This document shows, piece by piece, positions 20,778 to 29,948 of a stretch of 48,722 bases of DNA. Under the pieces are notes generated by a model. That model had not been told where the DNA came from. It worked only from the letters and a program-made list of their open reading frames with translations, and did no database searches. The stretch's first letter is position 1. Each line of letters opens with the position of its first letter. Position numbers and translations under genes: made by a program. Source of the DNA: a virus. Taxonomy: Duplodnaviria; Caudoviricetes. The stretch lies in IMG/VR virus record IMGVR_UViG_3300038393_001132, positions 1 to 48,722 of that record, one strand, 5' to 3'.

Positions 20778-21348
20778 TGGTTGTGTTTTTTATTTTATTT
20801 AAATGTCGCCATGTTTTACCTAAGAAAATATCAGATATATACGCCTGTTTAGTGCCAAATCTTTCCCCTATTTCTCTTTGGGTTAAACCGCTTCCCTTTA
20901 AACTCAAAATCTCAATTATTTGTTCCTCCTTAAATTTTGTGAAATTACACTTCTCACCTTTGTATTTATGTAATCCAATATCAAAAGAATGTATTCCGTT
21001 TTCCCTTCTTGTACACCATTCTAAATTTTCAACTCTGTTATCTGTTTTTATCCCATTTTTGTGGTTCACCTGTGGTTTATTCTCTGGGTTAGGGATAAAG
21101 GCACTTGCAACTAATCTATGAACACCAAAATCCTTTGGATTGCAATCAGTAGTTAATGTTATTCTTGAATATCCACTTGTTCTACCTTTAGGGATATTAT
21201 TCTTTGTTTTTAATATCCTTTCTTTTGTGGTTAACACAGCAAGTGTTGTATTCCAAGTTTTAGGTAGTGACTTTACTCTACCTAAAGAACTAATCATGTA
21301 ATAACCTTCATACCCAACTACATCCTTCCAAATTTCTTCTAATTCCAT
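20770..21348 (-). CDS. NUMOD4-HNH homing endonuclease
   Basis: EIWKDVVGYEGYYMISSLGRVKS (NUMOD4); VHRLVA..F...VNHKNGIKTDNRVENLEW (HNH); C-terminal HTH; AT-rich relative to flanks. Confidence 0.93.
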   Translation of the reverse strand: MELEEIWKDVVGYEGYYMISSLGRVKSLPKTWNTTLAVLTTKERILKTKNNIPKGRTSGYSRITLTTDCNPKDFGVHRLVASAFIPNPENKPQVNHKNGIKTDNRVENLEWCTRRENGIHSFDIGLHKYKGEKCNFTKFKEEQIIEILSLKGSGLTQREIGERFGTKQAYISDIFLGKTWRHLNKIKNTTNA

Positions 21349-21408
21349 AATGTTATTTTTATCCTAAGTTAAACTAAAAATATTAGTTTTTCTAAACATT
21401 TTAGCATT

Positions 21409-21972
21409 TTATTTTCCTTGATTATTTTTCATTTGATACGCTAAAAACGCTGAATTCGTCAGGTCATTTAATCCCCCACCGAAATTTTGAGTTCCTGCAC
21501 CTCTTAGAGCGTTCTTTTCTGCGATAGCCTGTTGTTGCTGTCTTACCCTGTCTTCGTAAACTTTGTCTCCTTCATTTATCATTCCCTGATTAGCGTTATA
21601 ATAATTTTGCTCCTGATTTTGGGCATACTGGTTCTGCTGATTAGAAAGACCTTGAAAGGCTTGATTAGTATTCCCCTGAATGGCTCCAAGCATCGCAAGG
21701 GCTTGTGTGCCACTGGTAGAGTTCCGTTCTACTGATCCTATCGCGTTAGCCTGATTACCGTAAATATTCTGGGTAGCGGCACTCATTCCGGGCATCTGCG
21801 AGTTCTTCAGCCGGGTAGCTTCTGCAAGCATCTTCTGTGCGTAAGGGGAGGTTTCGTAACTCGCTTCCGGTATTTGAACTTTATTGGCTAAGTGGTCTTG
21901 ATGCAACCCTTTAAAAAGTTTGATTAATCCTGTGCCGGCTGACACTCCAGCTGCTACGCCTACGAAGGTCAT
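21409..21972 (-). CDS. Pilot-type ejection protein
   Basis: Starts MTFVGVAAGVSAGTGL (G/A-rich), then Q/N-rich coiled coil; ATG at 21972 preferred. Confidence 0.7.
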   Translation of the reverse strand: MTFVGVAAGVSAGTGLIKLFKGLHQDHLANKVQIPEASYETSPYAQKMLAEATRLKNSQMPGMSAATQNIYGNQANAIGSVERNSTSGTQALAMLGAIQGNTNQAFQGLSNQQNQYAQNQEQNYYNANQGMINEGDKVYEDRVRQQQQAIAEKNALRGAGTQNFGGGLNDLTNSAFLAYQMKNNQGK

Positions 21973-21983
21973 CTGTTTTCTAT

Positions 21984-22433
21984 TTAGGAAATTGTGTTGC
22001 ATAAATTATGTTTAATTTTGGTTTCTTCATCTAATAATGGGTTGTCATGAAATTCTATGATCTGCGCTTCGATACTGTCGGTGATCCTCTTAATGTCTTC
22101 GTCACTTAAATTATTTTCTTCTCCTGTGATGTATGGGAGTGGGTGAAAGGTTGTCCATATACAGTCTTCGAGAATATAGATTACTCTCCTGGTTCCGGGC
22201 TTGGTAACTCCCTTATAAGGTGCTTCTATGTACTGCATTTCACCGTTAAGAAATACGTTTAATTTCCCCTTAGAAACAATAAACGGGTGTTCGGTTTTGT
22301 GTATCTTGGAAGTCAGTAATGTACCTGCCGGCATAAAAATTTCCCTTATGTACAGCCCTGGTGTAAAACTGTGCTTCAAAGGACATTCAACCTTTGGTAA
22401 CTGAACTAATATGGCTTCTGCTTCGTCTATCAT
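21984..22433 (-). CDS. Cupin-like phage protein
   Basis: HSFTPGLYIREIFMPAGTLLTSKIHKTEH pattern, commonly found between tail and ejection genes of podoviruses. Confidence 0.7.
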   Translation of the reverse strand: MIDEAEAILVQLPKVECPLKHSFTPGLYIREIFMPAGTLLTSKIHKTEHPFIVSKGKLNVFLNGEMQYIEAPYKGVTKPGTRRVIYILEDCIWTTFHPLPYITGEENNLSDEDIKRITDSIEAQIIEFHDNPLLDEETKIKHNLCNTIS

Positions 22434-25400
22434 TTGTTTATTAGGGTTCCAAGTCTTACGTTATTACCTACGTCTATCATTCTTAATTGAAGTTTAGTCG
22501 GATCGGTCACGAATTCATATTCGAGCATCACAAGTAACGCTTTCCCAAATAAGAAATCTCCGGTTAATTGTTTGTCGTCGTACTCCCCCAGTACGTTCGG
22601 AGAAAATCTGTCTCTTAGTATTCTCGCTTCTATCACTCCCTCCTTACTGGCGAACTCACTGTAATTCGGATAAGGAAGGTCAGAACTTTGTGTATAGGGA
22701 TCTTCGGTTCTTAAATGTACCCATGAAGGAGTTTTATTACTTTCCAGTCCGAGTGAGTAGAAAGTATGAATAGCTCCGGGATTAGCGGAGAACATCAGTT
22801 GCGATTTAAAAGGTTCTCCGTAGAACGTAGCCGTGTTTTGATTGTGAATGTACAACGCTCCATCCTTAAACGAGTAGAGGTCATTACCCATTCTTACAAA
22901 TTGCTCTGCCTGAAAACTCATACTCCCAAACCACATATCAGCGGGATTCTTATAGACTAAAGTCTTACCCACACCGTCGTAAATGTCGTATGGGTACACG
23001 ACTTCTGGGAAATCAGTTAAGTAACCTTTGGGTGGTGTTTCAGTTGAAGGGATCGAGAATAAGACTTCCTTATGATAGGGGTCAAATCCCCCGATTATAA
23101 AAGGGTTGCTCCCCAAAGCCTCAATCTCTGCGGCAGAAAGAGACGAGAATTTCTTCGAGAACAGGTTAGCCGGACGAACAAACTTCTTAGTAGAAATCGG
23201 GAATAGCCCGTTATCCGCGTACTGTACTGCGCAGCCGTTTCTTATATCCCACCAAAATACCAGTCCGTTGTACTCGAATACACTCTCTGGATTAGAAGTT
23301 CCCATAGAACCTTTGAGTGCCCTGAAAGACCCAATAACACCCGTAGCTTTAGCAATAAAAGCACTTCCCTGTGTGTCGAATAATTCTTGTTCACCGAGAT
23401 ACATGGAGACGGTCTCGTCCTCACAGATTGCGAGCATCACTGAACCATCGGCTTGTACTTTATTGGAGAGTTGTAACTTCTGGATAGCGCCGTTTTCTGC
23501 TTCAAGGTCGGTTACATTGAGAGCCGAAAATGAGGATAGACCGTTTACTTTGGTTCCCTGAAGGAGTACATCACTGAAAGCTACATTATCTGGGAGAGAC
23601 TGTTGCCCTATCGTGTCTATTGTGTTGGGTCTGCCGTGATCGGTATTCCATACGAAGAAAAATTTGTCCAAAGGTGACATATTCTCTGTCAGGTAATCTA
23701 CAACGGTATCGTTTCGTTTTAAGATCGTTACGTCGCCCTGAATTTGTCCTGCGAGTGTCGAATAAGTCCGAGAGGAAGTTCCCGCATTATTAATCGGGAA
23801 GATTTGGGCTACTTCATACTCTGGTTCGGTAGTTGATTGTTTGTGAGGCGTGTAAATTTCAAGTAAAGCCTCCGATGACGTGTTAAGAGTTCCCAAATTA
23901 AACAGTTCGGTCACAACATACTTTCCGTCCGTACCGATAATTTTAAGTTCAGCTTTGGTTGTGCCATCACTCATAAATACCCTCACTATGTCTCCTTCTG
24001 AAAAGGTGTACCCAATGTTATACTGATCGAAATAAGTCAAGTCAAAAGCACACCCGCTTTGGTCTGCGGCATAAGTTGTCGCTGTATAAAGATACGCTCC
24101 CGTAGAATCTTTGGTGACATACGAAGCACCCTTAACTCTTAGTTGAATGAAGGAGTTCACAGTAAGGCACTTGGAGACGTTAATCGAATAATAAGAAGCC
24201 CAAATCGGGATTTCTGCACTGGTATTATCGAGAGACCAATTAATCCCTGTCGTGTAGTCGAGGTGATCATAAGAGATACCCGGAATATTCACTATTAGAC
24301 TATCGTTAGTCAGAATACCACACTTTCTACCCGCGAAGTCGAGAAACGAGATCGAAGCCTTATAAGAAGAGGCAGATTTAAAACACCTTAACCCTACCAG
24401 TCCGGCAGGAGTTGGCGCACTTGTAATCGAAGCCGTGTAGCCGGGATATTGGATGCCCCCCACCCAACCGAAGTAGTGAGAGGAAACGTAAACGCCGAAG
24501 TCAGCGGGGCCGGCAGCAACGAAAGTCATTCCTGAAACGTAATCTTCTGTTGTCGGGTAAGGAAGAGGATTAGGTTGTGAGGTAACATCAAAGAACCCAG
24601 AATTTCCCAAGTCCAGAAAATAATGAGTTCCCCCAGAGTAAACAATTTTCACCCACCTTCCGGTGACACCGCTACTGCTTTGAGAAGAAGCCTCTACTGA
24701 AAGAGACGTAGTTTTAGGAGTATCATACCCCATTACGTTATTTCCCATAAAAGACCTGTTCTTTGCCAGTTCAATAGTCTTTGCGTAGATCGGAAGAGAA
24801 TCGAACTCCTTAACACTGTACGCCGCGTCAAGGGCAACTCCTGTCTTGTCATTTAGAAACGCGTAAGATAGTGCTGTTCCTGAATTGTGAGCGGTCATCG
24901 CTGTGGAATCAATGTCTTTATTCCACGATTTAACTACGAATGAAATTCCACTCGTGAATTTCACTACAAGGTCGATCTGTTGAACGTCCTGCTCGATTTT
25001 TTCGAGGATAGGAAGAGTAACGGTTATCGTGTCGAACGTATCGTCTTTGGTGTTGTAGTTTTGAAGTGTTGACCAAGCCGATAAAGTTGAGGTCTCATAA
25101 TCCCGGTAGATATACCTGTAAGAAAACCAAAACCCTTCATCTTTAATAAAGTTATTAGTGGTTCCTTCGGTTGACTTAACGGCTGTTGGTGGTAGTCCGG
25201 GCTGTCTGCGAATCCAATAAAGGACATTTTGACTAACAGGAAGTGTGTAAGGAGTAACATCGAAAGTTCCCGGTTGATACGCGTTGATCGCTGCTTTGAG
25301 GTTTAATCTTCGTGGCTGATTTCTGTTGTCAGTAAGGTATTCAAGATCGCCGATTATCTTACAATTACTGTCAATTCTCGAATACTTGTCGAAATTTAAT

Positions 25401-25735
25401 CCTCCGGTAACGTCGGCATTGAGTAAAACTGTGTAAGTCGTAGCGTCCGCTTTTGAATAACAATATATCCCATGATCCCCGTTAGAGTTCCAGTTTTTAA
25501 AGACAATCCACTTCTTAGAATCGTCACCTACCGCACCAATACACCTGTTTGTTCCAGTTGGAAGTGTGTTAAAGAGCAAAGAAGTGCCGCCAACATTTTC
25601 TACTCGACCTGTTGCGCCGCTATCCGTAGTAAAGGTTCGGATATTGGAAGCGTTCACCCATTGACCTTTCGAGATTACCGAGAAGTCATCATCAGCGTTT
25701 AAGCCCTCACTAAATATTTTGCGGTAACTATCCAT
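22430..25735 (-). CDS. Tail stabilisation/nozzle protein
   Basis: 1101 aa, beta-rich; GLNADD N-terminus; C-terminal GTSNPESV..FWWD and IIGGFDPYHKE propeller-like segments. Confidence 0.75.
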   Translation of the reverse strand: MDSYRKIFSEGLNADDDFSVISKGQWVNASNIRTFTTDSGATGRVENVGGTSLLFNTLPTGTNRCIGAVGDDSKKWIVFKNWNSNGDHGIYCYSKADATTYTVLLNADVTGGLNFDKYSRIDSNCKIIGDLEYLTDNRNQPRRLNLKAAINAYQPGTFDVTPYTLPVSQNVLYWIRRQPGLPPTAVKSTEGTTNNFIKDEGFWFSYRYIYRDYETSTLSAWSTLQNYNTKDDTFDTITVTLPILEKIEQDVQQIDLVVKFTSGISFVVKSWNKDIDSTAMTAHNSGTALSYAFLNDKTGVALDAAYSVKEFDSLPIYAKTIELAKNRSFMGNNVMGYDTPKTTSLSVEASSQSSSGVTGRWVKIVYSGGTHYFLDLGNSGFFDVTSQPNPLPYPTTEDYVSGMTFVAAGPADFGVYVSSHYFGWVGGIQYPGYTASITSAPTPAGLVGLRCFKSASSYKASISFLDFAGRKCGILTNDSLIVNIPGISYDHLDYTTGINWSLDNTSAEIPIWASYYSINVSKCLTVNSFIQLRVKGASYVTKDSTGAYLYTATTYAADQSGCAFDLTYFDQYNIGYTFSEGDIVRVFMSDGTTKAELKIIGTDGKYVVTELFNLGTLNTSSEALLEIYTPHKQSTTEPEYEVAQIFPINNAGTSSRTYSTLAGQIQGDVTILKRNDTVVDYLTENMSPLDKFFFVWNTDHGRPNTIDTIGQQSLPDNVAFSDVLLQGTKVNGLSSFSALNVTDLEAENGAIQKLQLSNKVQADGSVMLAICEDETVSMYLGEQELFDTQGSAFIAKATGVIGSFRALKGSMGTSNPESVFEYNGLVFWWDIRNGCAVQYADNGLFPISTKKFVRPANLFSKKFSSLSAAEIEALGSNPFIIGGFDPYHKEVLFSIPSTETPPKGYLTDFPEVVYPYDIYDGVGKTLVYKNPADMWFGSMSFQAEQFVRMGNDLYSFKDGALYIHNQNTATFYGEPFKSQLMFSANPGAIHTFYSLGLESNKTPSWVHLRTEDPYTQSSDLPYPNYSEFASKEGVIEARILRDRFSPNVLGEYDDKQLTGDFLFGKALLVMLEYEFVTDPTKLQLRMIDVGNNVRLGTLINK

Positions 25736-25937
25736 TTTTTACATAACAACTGTCAATATTATAAATTCTGGTACTGTAATCGCCGATCCATAAATTCAAG
25801 TCATACTTTATCTTCCCTTCATAAAAATGAACTGCTACTACTGTTGCAGTCATGGGCGCTCCGTTTTCAAAGTCAACCTTTACAACATCTTTGATTTGAA
25901 CTTTAGAAGGGAGTTTCATTGATTTATTTTTACTCAT
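25728..25937 (-). CDS. Small hypothetical protein (SH3-like)
   Basis: 69 aa, beta pattern, overlaps the next gene start. Confidence 0.55.
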   Translation of the reverse strand: MSKNKSMKLPSKVQIKDVVKVDFENGAPMTATVVAVHFYEGKIKYDLNLWIGDYSTRIYNIDSCYVKNG

Positions 25938-25969
25938 ACTATTTACGAACTGCTTAGCCAGTTCCTGCT

Positions 25970-26122
25970 TTATTTAACTTTCTTCAAATTATGATTCTTA
26001 GATTTTGCTTTCGCACTGGCATTTCTTGTTGCAGAAGCGAGAATAGCACTGGCTATTACCGGCGACACGTGCTCCTTTGCTGAAATTGATGCTGCTACTT
26101 TTTTGAATCCGGGATGTTTCAT
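25970..26122 (-). CDS. Small basic phage protein (MKHPGFKKVAASISAKE...)
   Basis: 50 aa, not in ORF track; K/A/S-rich; fills the gap in the operon. Confidence 0.65.
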   Translation of the reverse strand: MKHPGFKKVAASISAKEHVSPVIASAILASATRNASAKAKSKNHNLKKVK

Positions 26123-26124
26123 AA

Positions 26125-27108
26125 TTATTTTGGTGCACCACTTGTATTTCTATAAATGGCTGCTTTAAAATCCTGTATTGTTAATGGGTTTATTCTGGCT
26201 CTTAATATGCGGTGTTGATGATCGAACTCTCTTTGCGCTCTTAATCGTTCTCCTTCGCCATAGCTTCGTCCGTTTTCCTTGTGTTTCCAGTTCATATAAG
26301 CCTCTAAGGTTGACTTCGCATAAGGGGTTATCTGGGTGGCATTATCTATCTCGCTCCCATCGCTTATGTATTCGAGAATAATGCTTGTGGCTTTAATATC
26401 ATTATGAAGTTGAATCTCATTTCTTTCGGGGATGATCGAAAACGTGTCGGTGCGGTCAACCCTTGCTCCGTAATTCTTTCCGGTGTACTCTAATCTGTCG
26501 TTCCATTGAACAGTAAACCCGTACCACGGCCATGAAGAAGTGAACTCATTTCCTACGGCCGGGAAGGGAACTTTAAGTGAAGCCACTACCGAGAATCCTG
26601 TTCCGGTACCTCCTAAATCCGTATTGGATGCACTCAAAATATCTCCATCGGTATAACCAGAGCCTTGCGAAACCAGCGTCACTATTGGTACTGTGCCTAA
26701 TGAGATTGTTATGTCAGCAGTTGCACCGCTTCCTGTTCCTCCCGTTAAGGGAACGTTAGTATAAGCCCCATTTGGGTAATTTGCTCCTGCGGTAATCTGT
26801 CCGAACTCTACGATATTTCCACTTGAAAAGTTATTTAATCTATTTATTCCCGGCCTGTTAATTAGCGGTTTTACAAATTGGCCGTTTTCTACACCTACTT
26901 TTATCCAGTCCATATAGTCGTCCGGTAGTGTAGCAGAATAATAAGAGTTGATCGGAAGTTTTTTAGTGCGGATATTCCCTATACTATCGAACGAAATCTC
27001 CTCAAAACACCTTTGGGCGTAAACAAGGAAGTCAATATAAAAGTGAATCGGGTATCTTCTCTGTAAGAGGTAACCTTTAACTACCTGATCTAATGATGTA
27101 AATTTCAT
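26125..27108 (-). CDS. Tail ring/adaptor protein with inserted Gly-rich beta domain
   Basis: LPDDYMDWIKVG and ILEYISDG ring-protein-like motifs flank an insert YTNVPLTGGTGSGATADIT...GSGYTDGD. Confidence 0.65.
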   Translation of the reverse strand: MKFTSLDQVVKGYLLQRRYPIHFYIDFLVYAQRCFEEISFDSIGNIRTKKLPINSYYSATLPDDYMDWIKVGVENGQFVKPLINRPGINRLNNFSSGNIVEFGQITAGANYPNGAYTNVPLTGGTGSGATADITISLGTVPIVTLVSQGSGYTDGDILSASNTDLGGTGTGFSVVASLKVPFPAVGNEFTSSWPWYGFTVQWNDRLEYTGKNYGARVDRTDTFSIIPERNEIQLHNDIKATSIILEYISDGSEIDNATQITPYAKSTLEAYMNWKHKENGRSYGEGERLRAQREFDHQHRILRARINPLTIQDFKAAIYRNTSGAPK

Positions 27109-27452
27109 CCGCGTTTATTTAAAGGTTCTTCACTAATCGAATCTACTCTCGTATCGGGGTACGGTGTTGGCATTAATAAGGAAACTACTTCGGCTACTAC
27201 CTGTGCTGCCATATCAGCCGTCAAAGGAAGTATGTCGAAATCTCCGTATTTATCGATGTCCATAACGATCAACTGCATATCAACTGAATTAACATTCCTG
27301 CCCTGCGGGTCGGTGATGTCCTCGGTAAAGACTACATACCCGTCTCTCACTTCATACCCCACGAATCCTAAAAGATTGTTTATTAAGTTCTGTTCCTTAA
27401 TAAAAGCCGCTTGTCCGTTTTGTAGTGGTATATATTGTTCGAGTACTGTCAT
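27105..27452 (-). CDS. Tail ring protein, probable C-terminal half
   Basis: 115 aa; ATGA overlap with the upstream ORF. Confidence 0.55.
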   Translation of the reverse strand: MTVLEQYIPLQNGQAAFIKEQNLINNLLGFVGYEVRDGYVVFTEDITDPQGRNVNSVDMQLIVMDIDKYGDFDILPLTADMAAQVVAEVVSLLMPTPYPDTRVDSISEEPLNKRG

Positions 27453-28066
27453 ACGGTTTGTATTTTTAGGTACTCTCCTGCTACCAGTGGAGTATTTAAA
27501 GTGATTAATGTAGAAGCGGTAACTTTGGTGAAGAAATTACTGCCGTCCAAAGGATCGATACCAGGGATAGGCACGTTGCCACGAATAATATTTACGTCCT
27601 GATTGAGAAACGCATTACTTGAAATAGTTGTGCTTCCTGCTGAAAGACCTACTACAACCTCTGTAGTTCCCTTGATTACTACGCTCGAACCTATCACGCT
27701 TTCAATGGTTACAATCGTTACCGGATCAATAACCGGAACAGGTAAATTTCCAGACGCGGCCGGCCCGACAAAAAACACTCCCATATTTCGTCTTAAACTT
27801 ATCGGCATTGCGGGGAGTTGTACCCTGCTTAATCCCTTATAAGAACCGACGGGTAGCTCATCATAACAAGCAAGGACTAAACCCTCAGGGATAGTTTCAT
27901 CACTTGGCAGAGTTACTGAAACGTATTCGGTCTTTAATTTCCGATTGATTGCTTGCTGAAGGTGCGCTTGTATCATACGTGGCTCAAACTTCTTTCCTGC
28001 GCTCGGGGATCCACCTTCAAGTAGTGAAGCGATAGTTTCGTATAAATATTGTTTGGTTACCAGCAT
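27449..28066 (-). CDS. Tail ring protein, probable N-terminal half plus beta-rich appended domain
   Basis: 205 aa; LPAMPISLRRNMGV followed by a V/T/I-rich module. Confidence 0.55.
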   Translation of the reverse strand: MLVTKQYLYETIASLLEGGSPSAGKKFEPRMIQAHLQQAINRKLKTEYVSVTLPSDETIPEGLVLACYDELPVGSYKGLSRVQLPAMPISLRRNMGVFFVGPAASGNLPVPVIDPVTIVTIESVIGSSVVIKGTTEVVVGLSAGSTTISSNAFLNQDVNIIRGNVPIPGIDPLDGSNFFTKVTASTLITLNTPLVAGEYLKIQTV

Positions 28067-28728
28067 TATATATCTTGGGAGTTTTTAAGTTCTGTAAATT
28101 GGATTAGCATTTCATCGTTCATAGGTACTCCGGCAAGCTGTAATGTCTTAATTAGAATCTTATTAATGGAGGATTCAGACCATTCAAGTTGTACCGAATC
28201 TGTCTGGTTGTAAGTTTTACTCCTTCCTGATCCTGTAAAGGCATAAACCGGAACCAAAGGCCGTCTTAGGTAATAAACATATCCTGTCATGGCAGCTTCC
28301 GGGTAGAGTTGAATCTTTCCAGGCTGTAATTCAAGTCCTACCGGGTCGTTAATAGTGGGAGCGAGTATTTGTGAATCCCTTCTTTCGGTTATTTCGTCCT
28401 CACTTAGTAGTTTTACGGGCTTGTATCTTGTTCTGCCATCATAATACGAGATTGATACTGTGGGAAGTGTTTCGTAACACGGGTTCTTGGTAGGATCAGT
28501 AGGAAGAGTGATGATACCGTCAGTTCCGGTAGTGAAATCAAGCTTAGCAGAGAAAGGAGAAAGCGGATCAGTTGATTTTTGGTTCTTCCCGTACATTGGG
28601 ATGCAGGAAACAAACCACCACATCTGGGCACGGTCAGCAAGATTGTCTATTTCGGGGTCAGAAATCCATCCGCCCTGTTCTTTATTGAGAAAGTACCTTA
28701 CTGTGTCGTGAAAAACTTTTAAATCCAT
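28066..28728 (-). CDS. Head-tail adaptor/ring protein
   Basis: LNKEQGGWISDPEID..AQ N-terminus and YLRRP motif, as in crAss-like ring proteins. Confidence 0.7.
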   Translation of the reverse strand: MDLKVFHDTVRYFLNKEQGGWISDPEIDNLADRAQMWWFVSCIPMYGKNQKSTDPLSPFSAKLDFTTGTDGIITLPTDPTKNPCYETLPTVSISYYDGRTRYKPVKLLSEDEITERRDSQILAPTINDPVGLELQPGKIQLYPEAAMTGYVYYLRRPLVPVYAFTGSGRSKTYNQTDSVQLEWSESSINKILIKTLQLAGVPMNDEMLIQFTELKNSQDI

Positions 28729-28730
28729 AT

Positions 28731-29267
28731 TTAAACTTTAGCCAACACCCTGCGACTTGGAATTATATAATGCTCCTTGCCGAAAATGTTGTATTTCTGA
28801 ACAAATCTTGGCTCAAAGCATACAACATCTCGCACGTTGCAGCTAAGGTTACTTGGCATCGCCTTTATGATGCCGGTTTCTTCATCTATTGGTTCTAAGA
28901 GTACGTTTTCTGTAACCATTCTTAACTCATCGCCTACTACGCAGAAAACCTCTCCCATTGCTACCTTCCAATACTCTTTTCCTTCATAGAGAATCAGATT
29001 TTTATAGATAGGAGTATCATTATCCGGTTGTAATTTGTACTCGAAAATGATGCTGTAACTAAAAAAAATCTTATCTCCTTTGTTTACAGTGCCGGTGATC
29101 TTCCTGTGAAGGTCACTTTTAACTCTTACGGGCGGCATGACTACGGTTCCTTCTAATGTAGAGTACTCTTCGGGATGCCATGTAGTGTCAACGATTATGG
29201 CTCCATCCTTATCTTGAAATTTCTTTTCTATCTCTGTAAGAATGTAATTTTCCGCCGCCTGTATCAT
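28731..29267 (-). CDS. Tandem double-domain GroES-like protein
   Basis: Domain 1: NYILTE/GAIIVD/STLEGTVV/VNKGDKIFF/EGKEY...EVFCVV. Domain 2: ENVLLEP/TGII/VRDVVCF/IFGKEHYIIPSRRVLAKV, with no mobile loop. Confidence 0.75.
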   Translation of the reverse strand: MIQAAENYILTEIEKKFQDKDGAIIVDTTWHPEEYSTLEGTVVMPPVRVKSDLHRKITGTVNKGDKIFFSYSIIFEYKLQPDNDTPIYKNLILYEGKEYWKVAMGEVFCVVGDELRMVTENVLLEPIDEETGIIKAMPSNLSCNVRDVVCFEPRFVQKYNIFGKEHYIIPSRRVLAKV

Positions 29268-29273
29268 TAGAAC

Positions 29274-29321
29274 CAAAATTCTAACATTTTTAGTATTTTA
29301 TTTTGAAGTTTATAGTTATAG
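29274..29321 (-). promoter_or_regulatory. Putative late promoter, tail/ejection operon
   Basis: CTATAACTATAAA...GAATTTTG spanning 48 bp; ATG 6 nt downstream. Confidence 0.7.
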
Positions 29322-29332
29322 GCGTAAATTTG
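29302..29332 (+). promoter_or_regulatory. Bacteroidota primary-sigma promoter
   Basis: TTTG-N19-TAAATTTG, matching the -33/-7 consensus. Confidence 0.65.
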
Positions 29333-29349
29333 GTAAACTATTTAGCTAT

Positions 29350-29721
29350 ATGGTCAAACCAAGAGAGATAAGATACGGAAATTGGTTTAAAGTTGCAGGT
29401 CGCTATACATATATAGCGCACTGGAAAGACTTACGTGATTTGAGTTATTATGAACAAATTCCTTTAACGCCTGAAATATTAGAGAAGTGCGGGTTTGTTA
29501 TTAATAGAACCGGTGGACACTATAACAATATTTACTTATTCGATGGTGAAGAATGTAAATTTGAAATTTCAGATTCAAGCAAGGTTTCAAAATTCAGGTT
29601 TTGCTATGAATATTTCAAAGATGAAAATGGTAAAAAATATTTTAGAGGATTAAATTATTTGCATGAATTACAAAATTTAATCTTCATTTTAACAGGTAAG
29701 GAACTTGAAATAAATTTATGA
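29350..29721 (+). CDS. Hypothetical Bacteroidota phage protein
   Basis: EIRYGN...IPLTPEILEKCGF...YLHELQNL..LTGKEL pattern. Confidence 0.7.
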   Translation: MVKPREIRYGNWFKVAGRYTYIAHWKDLRDLSYYEQIPLTPEILEKCGFVINRTGGHYNNIYLFDGEECKFEISDSSKVSKFRFCYEYFKDENGKKYFRGLNYLHELQNLIFILTGKELEINL

Positions 29722-29948
29722 CACCTCTTGGAGAACATATCAGAATAACTCAACCCGAAGAAATAAATAAATCTTACTTCATAGTAGAGAAAGAAGCGGT
29801 ACAAAAAGCCGACGTTATTTCTGTTTCACGTGACATTCAAATCGAATATAAGACGGTGTTTTTCTGGACAGACAGGGCGATATTTATTAAAGGAGAATGG
29901 TTTATTAATACCGAAATGATACTCGGAGGTTATTTGGCCGTTGCGTAA
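29718..29948 (+). CDS. Degenerate GroES-like protein
   Basis: MTPLGEHIRIT...FIV...KADVISVS...TVFF...IKGEWFINTEMILG aligns by eye with Cpn10. Confidence 0.5.
   Translation: MTPLGEHIRITQPEEINKSYFIVEKEAVQKADVISVSRDIQIEYKTVFFWTDRAIFIKGEWFINTEMILGGYLAVA

Noticed and set aside
2437-29267. Stop-codon reassignment as in some crAss-like phages
   Set aside because: Genes are long and densely packed under the standard code.
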